From assembly GCA_963846575.1 (NCBI GenBank), contig CAWJWJ010000002.1, positions 800,001 to 864,000 on the forward strand: 64,000 nt of DNA, given 5' to 3'. The notes beneath the pieces are model-generated. The model did no database searches, had not been told where the DNA came from, and was given only the letters and a program-made list of their open reading frames with translations. This document shows, one piece after another, positions 1 to 8,975 of the stretch; within the stretch, counting starts at the first letter, position 1; each line of letters starts with the position of its first letter. The translations under genes and the position numbers were made by a program. Source of the stretch: an uncultured Nitrospiraceae bacterium (GTDB taxonomy: Bacteria > Nitrospirota > Nitrospiria > Nitrospirales > Nitrospiraceae).

Positions 1-2721
1 ACTCATACCTATGTGTCGAGTGTGATCGTAGCGGATGACGCGCAACCCGCTCTTAGCAAGGAAGTAAGCAAAAGCCACGTAAGCTTGTTGAGTCATTCCG
101 TAGCCGGTGCAGAGGACGACCACGGGAAGTGCCGTGTCTTGTGATTGTTTGGGAAAGTCATGCGAGAGTGCAATGACATGTCCATTACGATTTCGCAAGG
201 TATGCGAGATGGTGACCACGGGAGCGTCTGAGATGGGTTCGGCGAAATCGCGAGGTGCGGCCATTGCTGGCACGAGAATCCTCCGGATTCCGGACTCCTG
301 AGCGTCAGACAGATTCACAAAGCGTACTCCTACTCGGAATCGTCCTCCCGTTTCCGGCATCAGGTGTGCCGTCGAATTGATACGGCGGAGACGTGTCCAA
401 ACAACACGAGCGGTCCATGGGTCGCCCGATTCGTTCGCGCTCAAAAGATCGGAGGATCGAGCGCTTTGGCCGGCAGGGATCAAGTGGATCAGTTGGTGAA
501 GCACGAGAGAATCTGGATGTCCGGATAGTTCAAGGCAGGCCCCATCTCGGCTTAGGTTTAAAATCAGGCCTAGTGGGCGATCCGTCCGCTCTGTCCCGGC
601 CAAACGGATGGGACGTGTCACCGTCAGGCGGATCGTTTCGCGACGGTCCTCAGCGGTCTCTCTGTATGCTGATGATACTTCTATGCGCGGATCCTCCTCC
701 GAGGGGAAGGTGGAATGGATCATGGCTTCGAATGTCACCGTTGTCGAACCTTCCTGCAATCCATCCAGAAGCGACTCCAGAACCTCTCGATCGCGCTCCC
801 TCGTAAGTACAAACAATATGACAATGTCCGTGATTGACTCCAGGGCGGTCTCACTCACCGCTGGCGGACGTTCATGAACCACGCCCTGAAGTTCAAGAAA
901 GCTTACCGGCGTCCTGATGACGACGTACGCAGGTTGTAGATCAATGGACGGCGACAAGTTGCGAACCGATACTAGCGCGCCGCGTGCACTTATATTCCGC
1001 AAGACGCCTCGGAAAGTGTTGTGGCCTACAGTCAACTCAACCGGCAGCGACAACGGCCTTCGCTCAACCTGACGGCGGTCGTGGGTATGTGCGGCTGAAG
1101 TGGAGATGCTTACTCCAGATGGACTGGCGGCAGGGATGGACGCTGCAGCTGAAGAGGGACGATGTTCGCGGATTTCTTGCGAAGACCACATTGCCGCGGC
1201 GGGGATCTTAACTCTTATTGTCAGTCCCTTGTCGGGCGCCGTTTCGATTTCGATGGCTCCGCCGTGCGACTGTATGATTTGGTGAGCCCGCAAGAAATCC
1301 TCTGGCGAACAGTTTCCTTCAGGTAACGCGAGTGGTGCAGCACCAAGGCCGGCCCCGACCTCTTGAATAATGAACGTTGCATACGTATGTGTGTTTCTCG
1401 AGTGAGACGCCTCATCTCCCTGTGGTGTCGTGCCGGGAACGGTGAGGCATTCGGTCCGTAGTGTAAGACGGGAAGGTGTGGCCGGGTCGGAGGGCGATCG
1501 TTGTGCATAATCGAGAAGAATTCGCGCGAGGTCTTCGACTGCAGCACGGGATCCCACGATGGTTGGGAGATCGTTTGAAAAATGTGCCGTCAAGAGCAGT
1601 TTTTCGGCCCGTGGGCCTCGCTGGGCAGATTGTACAACCCCCTGGAGGATTTCGTTGAGAAGGAGTGCTTCGCCTCCTGTCGGTGGTGCGTGAATGACTT
1701 GCACCAATTGCTGGCTCAGTAGGCTGGCCTGTGAGGCTCGTGTGACCATGGTCTGGACATGCTGTTCGAATTTGCTGTGCTGGATCGCACTCAGTAAACG
1801 CTGTGAGTCCTGAAGTAGAGTATGGAGCGGTTGTTGGAGCTGACGCGACACCCTCGCAGCCTCCTGCGAGAGATTCAGTTGCCGATCGGTTTCTCGGAGC
1901 CTGGATTCCAACTGTGCGAGGCGCTCTTGCTGAGATTTTTCCTGCGACAGATCGTGCAGCAAGCCGACCGTACCGATGAATCGATGCGCATTATCGAAGA
2001 GGCCCTTTGCTGTCACTTCTACAGTTATTGGAAGTGGCGGGGCATGGGGCAGTGTCTTTCGTCGGAGAGTCAGTTCGAACCTGCGGACTGAGCGGTTACC
2101 CGCTCGGCGTTCATTCAATCGCCAACGTCCAGCGGCTTCCTGAAGCGGGGGGAGCAGAATCGAATAATGCTGGCCGGCGAGTTCTTCGGCTGTATATCCG
2201 AGCAGAGCCGGGGCGGTTGCGCTGACATAGATGAACCGTCCATCCTGGTCCAGCTCGTACAATAGATCGCTCACGGTTTCGATGAAACGAAGGTATCGTT
2301 GAAAAGTGCGATCCAGCTTCACTTGGAGGTCTCTTTTTTCCATGCCTTCTTGAACAGCAAAGAGCAATTCGGAGACGAAGCCTGGTGAATTTTTACAGAG
2401 AAGAAAATCGGCGCCATTCTGCAACGCCTGGACAGCCGTACGGGAATCACTCACGTTTGTCTGAAGGATGATTGCCGCGTTGGGCGCATTGCGGCGGACA
2501 GGTGCGAGAATGTCGAGACCGCTCTCAGGACTCAAGTCCTGATCAATTAGGATGACGTGCCAATCGGCACGCCGGCTGAATGTGAGGGCCTCATCCGAAG
2601 AAAACCCAGCCTCTACTCTGCAGTCGGAGAAAAATGCTCTCAGGCTGGAGGTCACTAGTTTGACTTCGTCAGGATGTTCGTTGATGAGGAGAATATTCAG
2701 CGACTGTTCAGGCATGGACAT
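1..2721 (-). CDS. Partial (3' end beyond window) multidomain signalling protein: REC - PAS - degenerate HisKA/HATPase - 2x PilZ - LuxD-like alpha/beta-hydrolase start
   Basis: Hand translation from ATG 2721 (MSMPEQSLNILLINEH...) has no stop to base 1. REC: VILIDQD...LQT...CK. PAS: LLYELDQDGRFIYVS...LLGYTAEELAG. PilZ: DRRQVERR...NISARG and DRRETIR...NLSRDG. Ends VVLCTGYGMTQQAYVAFAYFLAKSGLRVIRYDHTRHIGMS. Absent from ORF track because there is no stop in the window. Confidence 0.9.
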   Translation of the reverse strand, partial: MSMPEQSLNILLINEHPDEVKLVTSSLRAFFSDCRVEAGFSSDEALTFSRRADWHVILIDQDLSPESGLDILAPVRRNAPNAAIILQTNVSDSRTAVQALQNGADFLLCKNSPGFVSELLFAVQEGMEKRDLQVKLDRTFQRYLRFIETVSDLLYELDQDGRFIYVSATAPALLGYTAEELAGQHYSILLPPLQEAAGRWRLNERRAGNRSVRRFELTLRRKTLPHAPPLPITVEVTAKGLFDNAHRFIGTVGLLHDLSQEKSQQERLAQLESRLRETDRQLNLSQEAARVSRQLQQPLHTLLQDSQRLLSAIQHSKFEQHVQTMVTRASQASLLSQQLVQVIHAPPTGGEALLLNEILQGVVQSAQRGPRAEKLLLTAHFSNDLPTIVGSRAAVEDLARILLDYAQRSPSDPATPSRLTLRTECLTVPGTTPQGDEASHSRNTHTYATFIIQEVGAGLGAAPLALPEGNCSPEDFLRAHQIIQSHGGAIEIETAPDKGLTIRVKIPAAAMWSSQEIREHRPSSAAASIPAASPSGVSISTSAAHTHDRRQVERRPLSLPVELTVGHNTFRGVLRNISARGALVSVRNLSPSIDLQPAYVVIRTPVSFLELQGVVHERPPAVSETALESITDIVILFVLTRERDREVLESLLDGLQEGSTTVTFEAMIHSTFPSEEDPRIEVSSAYRETAEDRRETIRLTVTRPIRLAGTERTDRPLGLILNLSRDGACLELSGHPDSLVLHQLIHLIPAGQSARSSDLLSANESGDPWTARVVWTRLRRINSTAHLMPETGGRFRVGVRFVNLSDAQESGIRRILVPAMAAPRDFAEPISDAPVVTISHTLRNRNGHVIALSHDFPKQSQDTALPVVVLCTGYGMTQQAYVAFAYFLAKSGLRVIRYDHTRHIGMS

Positions 2722-2863
2722 TGGAAGATCTTCAGTCCTCACAACCAGAGTCTGCTTGAGCTGACCGCACTCTACCTCAAGACTGCTTCACTTTCACGTT
2801 CGAGAATGAACACATTCATCCTTCAGGAGGGGGATTCTATCCTGGCGAACGGGTTAGCACACA

Positions 2864-2897
2864 TGTATGGTTCAATATCATACAACTTCTTGATATT
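2864..2897. promoter_or_regulatory. Overlapping AT-rich inverted repeats upstream of the multidomain gene (possible operator)
   Basis: AATATCA-N10-TGATATT (2874-2897) and TGTATG-N9-CATACA (2864-2884). Confidence 0.3.
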
Positions 2898-3046
2898 CCC
2901 AGTCCGCCGGGTGAGGGGACGATTTTACTTCAGTAGGGGAAGGATGGGTCAGTCCAATCGAACTTTCCAGGGATCGAGTTCAGGAGTGTGACCACCGAAG
3001 CGTTGAATGAACGGTCTGGACCCGAATGGGTAGAGAGGGAGAATGT

Positions 3047-3082
3047 ATGACCCACCGCCACCAGTCGGCCGCGGTGGGTCAT
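3047..3082 (-). terminator. Stem-loop just downstream of the copper monooxygenase-like gene
   Basis: ATGACCCACCGC-N12-GCGGTGGGTCAT, perfect 12-bp stem, 12 nt past the stop; no clear U-tract. Confidence 0.5.
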
Positions 3083-3094
3083 CACTCGGATGGT

Positions 3095-4096
3095 CTAGCG
3101 GGCGGCGGCCTTATTGTTAGCTGACTGACAGGCGCCGGGGGTCATATAGAGAAGGTAGTTTCCCATTCCATGGTGAATGTTTGGGTTTTGTAAGGGGTGA
3201 TGGTGTACCATCACCATTTCATAGTCATCTTGCTTGGTGACCGCGAAGCCCTGGCCATTCCGGTACACCTGGTAAGGCCTGAAATCGCGGAAGGTGCCAT
3301 CAGCATCCACATCAGGAACGGTTCTCAACAGGGTTTGGTTCGTCGTTTTGTTCTCGAGCGCGACTAGGAGCAGCTCGTCGTGCCCATGCGGATAGGCAAA
3401 TTTGACGCAGCCATCCATGTTGAATTTCAATGGTGCCGATAGGACGGAAACGCCTGGCTTAATTTCAATTCCCTCATCGGTCTGATCCGCGCCCCGCTGT
3501 CCAAACTTACTGTAACAAACGATGTTGACGCCCACCTGGTACACGTCCATCTCCTCAATTTTCGCGTGCTTGGGTGCGACGTACATCGTGAACCGTGCCA
3601 TTACGTCCTTCGTATTAGGGGCCTTGTGATAGAAGGCAACCACGGACATCAGGTTTTGTCCCTTGCCAAGCTTGACGCCGTACCCATCCGGAAAGCGGGC
3701 TTCAGTCATCTCCAACCCCGCGCCGGCGAAAAACAATGGCTCGCCATCACATGAGACGCTGGGTTTGTCATTGTTGAGCATCAAGATATGGTGCAGGTAA
3801 TTTTTCGGGAGCGGTGCGCCGTCCTTCGTGAACACTTCGGACTTATACCCGATCATGTAAGTGTCTTCGGGCAACTGAAACACCTTCTTGGGCATACTGG
3901 AGGCGAGATCGCCGTCGTGACCTGTCGGTAGATCGACCGGCCCGAATGTGAGGGTGACGGCGTGCTCGTCGATGGTGATTTTGGTGTCGCCCGTACTAGG
4001 CATGGTCGGAATGGCATGATGGTCATGGCCGCCATCGGCATAGGCGGCGCTCGTTAGGCCTACCAACATCAGCAGTGTCAACAGCACACGAATCAT
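3095..4096 (-). CDS. Secreted copper type II (PHM/DBH-like) monooxygenase-domain protein
   Basis: AGGAGG RBS before ATG 4096; signal peptide then GGHDHH; motifs YLHHIL, AFYH, YPHGHD and HHGMGNYLLY, matching the HH/H and HxH/M copper ligand order. Confidence 0.65.
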   Translation of the reverse strand: MIRVLLTLLMLVGLTSAAYADGGHDHHAIPTMPSTGDTKITIDEHAVTLTFGPVDLPTGHDGDLASSMPKKVFQLPEDTYMIGYKSEVFTKDGAPLPKNYLHHILMLNNDKPSVSCDGEPLFFAGAGLEMTEARFPDGYGVKLGKGQNLMSVVAFYHKAPNTKDVMARFTMYVAPKHAKIEEMDVYQVGVNIVCYSKFGQRGADQTDEGIEIKPGVSVLSAPLKFNMDGCVKFAYPHGHDELLLVALENKTTNQTLLRTVPDVDADGTFRDFRPYQVYRNGQGFAVTKQDDYEMVMVHHHPLQNPNIHHGMGNYLLYMTPGACQSANNKAAAR

Positions 4097-4170
4097 AGCC
4101 CCTCCTCGTTGTGACAGATCAGGCATCGGTGAAATGTGGGTGAAAAAATCGGGGGTCTGTCGCCAATGCG

Positions 4171-5115
4171 TTAAGGAGCCCCCGGAGGGGGCGTGAGTCG
4201 TTTCCACAAATAGGTGCCGCCGTGTTTTCGAGGCGGGATGTTGTCTCTGGTTCCGACACGAACGTACCACCAGATCCCTTTGGCTTCTCGTCCATCTTCT
4301 GAAAGTACGATCTCAAATGCGCCTTCGCGGTCGTTGCCCGTTTGCTTCCACGTACCCTGCCAGCGACGGTCGTTAAAGCTCGTGGTGGAGAATTGTCCCC
4401 CCTGCCAGGTATAGGGACCATTTCCTTCCTGATTCAGCGTGGCAACATACTTTTTATTATCCTCGATCTCGTTGACTTCCCATTCGCCACTCAAATCCAC
4501 ATGATTGTGAGTATCTGCCTGGTTGTCGGAGGTTCGATGAAGGAGCGGAGAGTTGTCTGCCGACGCGACCCCTGGCTGAAGGGTATGATGACGGGCGGAC
4601 TCATGCCAGGACACGAGAATCCAGCGTCCATTCCGGCGCTCTAACACGCCCGTTTCGCGCAGGGGTAGTACCATTGGTTGGTCGTCTGTATTGACGTGAC
4701 GGATATAGTCCAATTCCATTGCGAACCAAGCAATGTTTCCGTTGCGCCACAGCTGCAGCTTCGTGATGGGTATCTCCAGCTTGACGACTGAATCGAATTC
4801 GCTACGCATATCGGACGCAAGGAGAGTCCAGCCCTCATATTTGCGTCCGTCGATGGTATAGCCAATGGCATCGGCGTCGTGGGACATATATTCCGACATC
4901 GTGGCGAGGTCGAGTTCTGCATTGGCGCGCACGAGTCTTCGCAATGTCGCTTCCGCATCAAGGAGTTCCTCCGCAGATGCACCTGAGGCGAGTAACACGC
5001 TCAATACTGAGATCTGGGTCAGTCGGCTCCAGAGGGGGAGCAGGTTGGAATAATTCCGGCGCAGCCTATTGATCATGGGCAGGGAAATCTTCTCCTTGAA
5101 AAAGACTTTACCCAT
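4171..5115 (-). CDS. Exported SnoaL/NTF2-like domain protein with C-terminal beta-rich domain
   Basis: LRETGVLERRNGRWILVSWHES SnoaL_3-type ending; hydrophobic signal-like segment; start uncertain. Confidence 0.7.
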   Translation of the reverse strand: MGKVFFKEKISLPMINRLRRNYSNLLPLWSRLTQISVLSVLLASGASAEELLDAEATLRRLVRANAELDLATMSEYMSHDADAIGYTIDGRKYEGWTLLASDMRSEFDSVVKLEIPITKLQLWRNGNIAWFAMELDYIRHVNTDDQPMVLPLRETGVLERRNGRWILVSWHESARHHTLQPGVASADNSPLLHRTSDNQADTHNHVDLSGEWEVNEIEDNKKYVATLNQEGNGPYTWQGGQFSTTSFNDRRWQGTWKQTGNDREGAFEIVLSEDGREAKGIWWYVRVGTRDNIPPRKHGGTYLWKRLTPPPGAP

Positions 5116-5143
5116 GGAGGCTACCTGGCGGCCAGAGGCGCTG

Positions 5144-5941
5144 TCAATGTCTAATTGCCGTCCGAGGTAGCTCTGGCAGGGCGCAGGCGACCACCGTGAC
5201 ATTGTCGATCCCACCTGTCTCGAGCGCTGACTCGATCAGCGCGTGGGTGGACAGCGACGGGTTCCTTCGATGGGGAAGCACGGTCTGCAGAATTTGCTGG
5301 TCAGATAACATTTTAGTGAGGCCGTCGGAGCAGAGCAGGATGAGGTCCCCATCGATCAAGTCCAAAGGAAAGAGGTCGCTCTCAATGGTCGGGCCCAGTC
5401 CCATCGCTCGGGTTAACACATGGCGCTCTGGGTGATGGGCGGCTTGTTCCGGACTGAGCCGACCTTCGCGAATCATCGCTTCGATGATTGTATGGTCGCG
5501 GGTTAACTGGGTGATGGTATCGTCCCTGATCAGATAGGCCCGGCTGTCGCCGACATTCATAACCAGCAGGCGCGGTGCGGGTAGTAGAAGAATATGCGCG
5601 GCGACTAACGTGGTTCCCATGCCTTCCAGTTCCGGATGCCGGGCGGCATGGGCGAGGACATTCGCATGAGCCTGCTCCACCATGGTAGCACAGCTAAAAG
5701 CGGCGTCGTCTTCAGTGCCCGCTGATGAAGCGGCATTCCTTCCAATGGCTGGCGCGAAATCGGCGAGCGTGTTCACCACGAGTCGGCTGGCAACATCTCC
5801 GCCGGGGTGACCACCCATGCCATCAGCAACGGCCCATAGGCGGTGACGATTATCGACCAGGAGGGCGTCTTGATTGTTAGAACGGACCAGCCCGCGTTCC
5901 GTGCGCCCATATGCTGTCCATTCCCCTGTTCCTGAGGTCAT
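5144..5941 (-). CDS. PP2C-family Ser/Thr protein phosphatase
   Basis: RSNNQDA, VADGMGGH, GMGTT, NVGDSRAY, LCSDGL, GGIDNVT motifs. Confidence 0.95.
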   Translation of the reverse strand: MTSGTGEWTAYGRTERGLVRSNNQDALLVDNRHRLWAVADGMGGHPGGDVASRLVVNTLADFAPAIGRNAASSAGTEDDAAFSCATMVEQAHANVLAHAARHPELEGMGTTLVAAHILLLPAPRLLVMNVGDSRAYLIRDDTITQLTRDHTIIEAMIREGRLSPEQAAHHPERHVLTRAMGLGPTIESDLFPLDLIDGDLILLCSDGLTKMLSDQQILQTVLPHRRNPSLSTHALIESALETGGIDNVTVVACALPELPRTAIRH

Positions 5942-5947
5942 CTGGTT

Positions 5948-6721
5948 CTATCCGAGAGGGACTAATGACTGGGGACCGTATCGTGCAAACAGTCGGTCAA
6001 ACAAGCACTCCGCCAGGGGTTCAAGGTTCTTCGTGTCCGCAGTATTATATCGCACGAGCAGATCCAACGCGGCTGCGTCGCCTGCCCTATATTGATGCCA
6101 TAACCGAACCGCTTCCAACCCGTCAAGTTGATGAAGGTCGGATTCCCGTGAGATGTCTACTTCCCGTTCGATGTGTTTCAGTCCGCCTTGCAATCCCACC
6201 CGTCGGGCCGCGAAACATAAATCAAAGTGTGGAACGGAAACCCGAAGACCCTTGAAGCAGGTCTGCAAATAGGGGATATCGAAGACGCTGCCGAAAAACG
6301 TGATCAGTAAGTCAGTTTGGTCGAGCTCTTCCTGAAGAATCTCCCTGTTTAGGGAATCACCCCGGATCAGGGTGGTCATGCGACCATTCCGATAGAGCCC
6401 CACGACGGTAACCTGTCCGTCGTGAGGAGAGAGTCCGGTCGTTTCAATGTCGAGGTAGAGCGCCCGCGCCCCGAACGTTCGAAAGAGGCGCCAGTGATCG
6501 CGCGTATGCATGCAGTCGGCGAAGTACCGGGCGTTTCGCCGGTCGAGGTGTCCTTGCGCAGCAGCAAGATCAGCATCGTACAGGCCTTTGCGGGCAGGTG
6601 AGATGCCGGACAACTGGGACGTTTGACGAAAGATCGCCCAATCAGCAATGCCTTGTTCCCACAACCGTCGTTCGGTTGAGGCCCCGATACCGTTTAAATG
6701 GATGAATGTTGAAGTCAACAT
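5948..6721 (-). CDS. RNase H-like (YprB/RNase_H_2) exonuclease-domain protein
   Basis: N-terminal HhH (GIGAST); YLDIETTG, FDIPYL, GGLKHIE, LVRYNTAD. Confidence 0.85.
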   Translation of the reverse strand: MLTSTFIHLNGIGASTERRLWEQGIADWAIFRQTSQLSGISPARKGLYDADLAAAQGHLDRRNARYFADCMHTRDHWRLFRTFGARALYLDIETTGLSPHDGQVTVVGLYRNGRMTTLIRGDSLNREILQEELDQTDLLITFFGSVFDIPYLQTCFKGLRVSVPHFDLCFAARRVGLQGGLKHIEREVDISRESDLHQLDGLEAVRLWHQYRAGDAAALDLLVRYNTADTKNLEPLAECLFDRLFARYGPQSLVPLG

Positions 6722-6844
6722 AACGAGTGGTAGAGACCTTCCCTGGGTGCGATTGTAGCCTTGATTTCAAGGGATAAACAAGTTAGAGTCCGCGACTGGT
6801 GCGGAGTTTCGTCACTAGCCGATTTATCGTGCACGTGGGGAGTC

Positions 6845-7237
6845 ATGAATACGAATGGAACCGTGAGACGTATCAGGATCAGGGTAGGTGGGGTTCATCT
6901 CGACGCAGAGTTGAAAGGGACCCGTACGGCTGAGGAGATCTACAAGGCGTTGCCAGCCGAGGGACCATTGAATGTGTGGGGGGAAGAGTTTTATTTTAAG
7001 ATTGCCGGAGTGAAAGACCATCGAGAGACGGCGACAACGCAAGTTAAAATCGGCGACGTGGCATTCTGGGGCGCCGGGCAGGTCCTGGCGATTTTCTTCG
7101 GACGCACGCCGATGAGTATGGGGCCTGATCCGGTTCCCGCCGACCGGGTAAATGTGGTGGGACGGGTGCTGGGGGACGCGGAAACGCTACGTCAGGCCAT
7201 AAATGCGAGTACGATCCGTGTGGAGCGAATTGAGTAG
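6845..7237 (+). CDS. Cyclophilin-like fold protein (DUF369-like)
   Basis: ALP...WGEEFYF...GDVAFW...LAIFFGRTP...VNVVGRV signature. Confidence 0.8.
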   Translation: MNTNGTVRRIRIRVGGVHLDAELKGTRTAEEIYKALPAEGPLNVWGEEFYFKIAGVKDHRETATTQVKIGDVAFWGAGQVLAIFFGRTPMSMGPDPVPADRVNVVGRVLGDAETLRQAINASTIRVERIE

Positions 7238-7312
7238 GGGGCTTCAGTCCGATCATCTTGCCCTTCGCGGTTCGATCATGCGCGGGGGAACATCCTAAAG
7301 GAACAGGCCACG

Positions 7313-7594
7313 ATGAGGCTGGCGAAAGAGCGGGTTCATCATATGGCCGAGTCGTTGATCACCCGGTTGCATGAACTGGCTTTTCTGGAGGTTACCGGGG
7401 ACCGGAAGCTGCTGCGAGAGTCACTCGAGCGGGCCATGACGGAAGAGCTGGGAGTTGAGGATCGGTTGAACGTCGAGGTGCGCCGGTTGATGCAGCCCTA
7501 TGAAAGGCAAATTGAGCAAGGTCAGGTCGACTACCAGAAGATGTTCACGATGATCAAACAGAAGTTGGTCCGCGAGCGAGGCCTTATTTTATAA
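7313..7594 (+). CDS. DUF507 family protein
   Basis: MRL...EDRLNVEVR...DYQKMFTMIKQKLVRERGLIL. Confidence 0.8.
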   Translation: MRLAKERVHHMAESLITRLHELAFLEVTGDRKLLRESLERAMTEELGVEDRLNVEVRRLMQPYERQIEQGQVDYQKMFTMIKQKLVRERGLIL

Positions 7595-7684
7595 GGGCTT
7601 GAAACGTAACGCCTGACGGTGCACACCACCGTAGATGGTTTCCGGTGCATAACGCGGCACGCTTCATCCTGAGCGGTACACATT

Positions 7685-7960
7685 GTGATCAGTGACGATA
7701 AAGCCAGCCATCTCTCCCATCTCGTATTGGGAGTTCTTAAAAAGAGTGAATTGTGCCGATTGCTTGAGGACGACGGAAAGGTTTTGCGCGAGATTAAACG
7801 GGTGATGGCGGCAGAATTGGAGTTGGATTCGGTGATCGACAAGAAAGTGCGAGCCAGGCTTGCGTCTTATTCCAGACCTATCGTGGAGGGAAGCAGCGAA
7901 TGGGACGTCATGTATCGGAAAGCCTGCGAAGAAGAACAAAAGAAACGCGCCAAGCCATAG
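7685..7960 (+). CDS. DUF507 family protein (second paralog)
   Basis: SDDKASHLSH...VRARLASYSRPIVEGSSEWDVMYRK. Confidence 0.8.
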   Translation: MISDDKASHLSHLVLGVLKKSELCRLLEDDGKVLREIKRVMAAELELDSVIDKKVRARLASYSRPIVEGSSEWDVMYRKACEEEQKKRAKP

Positions 7961-7993
7961 GCGTACCACGCACGATCCTGACGAGGTCCTATC

Positions 7994-8431
7994 ATGAAAC
8001 TGGTGCTCTTGATTTCATTATACGTCTCCCTGCTCTTCCTTCCAGCCTGTACCCACTCCAAACCAAAGCCACTCGTTCCATTGGAACTTACCTCTGGGGC
8101 CGGTGCTCCGGTCGTGGCCTTGAATACACAAGGGATGGAGGCCTATCAAGGTCGCCAGTTCGCAGAAGCGAAGAGTTATTTTGGCCAGGTCATCCAGGCA
8201 GTCCCTGACTCAGGCCAGGCGCACTACAATTATGCGTTAGCCCTGAATGCCCTGGGTGAAACGGATCTCGCCCACCAGCACTTTATCGAGGCGGCAAATC
8301 TGGCGCCGGGGGATAAGGTCATCTGGGACTCTCCCGCGTTGCGTCCTTACGGAAGTCCCTCGGTGCAAAAGGCAGTCAAAGAGCATCCGTACGGGACAAG
8401 AAAGCCGGATATCGGCAGCGGGCCGCGATAG
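7994..8431 (+). CDS. TPR-repeat lipoprotein
   Basis: Lipobox LPAC; TPR helices (AHYNYALAL...A...F..A). Confidence 0.8.
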   Translation: MKLVLLISLYVSLLFLPACTHSKPKPLVPLELTSGAGAPVVALNTQGMEAYQGRQFAEAKSYFGQVIQAVPDSGQAHYNYALALNALGETDLAHQHFIEAANLAPGDKVIWDSPALRPYGSPSVQKAVKEHPYGTRKPDIGSGPR

Positions 8432-8470
8432 ACCGATGCCGCGACATATTATTCCAGGAGAGTGACCTAC

Positions 8471-8938
8471 ATGGCGAGCGAGCTAGAAGTTGGTACGAAG
8501 GCGCCGGATTTCTCGTTGCCCGACCAGGACGGCAGCCTCGTCTCGTTGAAGAGCTTTAAAGGCAAGCAGGTGGTGCTATATTTTTATCCCAAAGACGACA
8601 CCTCGGGCTGCACGAAGCAGGCTTGCGACTTCCGGGACTCTCTTGCATCCATGAAGCAGGCAGGGGCGGTTGTGCTCGGAGTAAGCATGGATGGGAAAGC
8701 CTCGCATCAGAAGTTCATCGGGAAGTACGGACTGCCTTTTGCGCTCTTGAGCGATGAAGCGGCGGACACGTGCAAGGCCTATGGGGTTTATAAAGAAAAG
8801 AGTATGTACGGCCGGAAGTATTGGGGTATCGAACGCAGCACGTTTGTAATCGATGCCACGGGCCGGGTGAAGGGACTGTTCCGGAAGGTCAAGGTGCCCG
8901 GGCATGTCGACCAGGTGTTGGCAGTTCTAAAAGAGTGA
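8471..8938 (+). CDS. bcp: Peroxiredoxin BCP
   Basis: YFYPKDDTSGCTKQACDFRD; GIERSTFVID. Confidence 0.95.
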   Translation: MASELEVGTKAPDFSLPDQDGSLVSLKSFKGKQVVLYFYPKDDTSGCTKQACDFRDSLASMKQAGAVVLGVSMDGKASHQKFIGKYGLPFALLSDEAADTCKAYGVYKEKSMYGRKYWGIERSTFVIDATGRVKGLFRKVKVPGHVDQVLAVLKE

Positions 8939-8975
8939 TGTTGTGGATGTATCCGGCTGCGACGTACCGCCCCCT

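Noticed and set aside
107..2991. Many short ORFs in the ORF track, mostly plus-strand
   Set aside because: Antisense or off-frame shadows of the 1..2721 minus-strand gene
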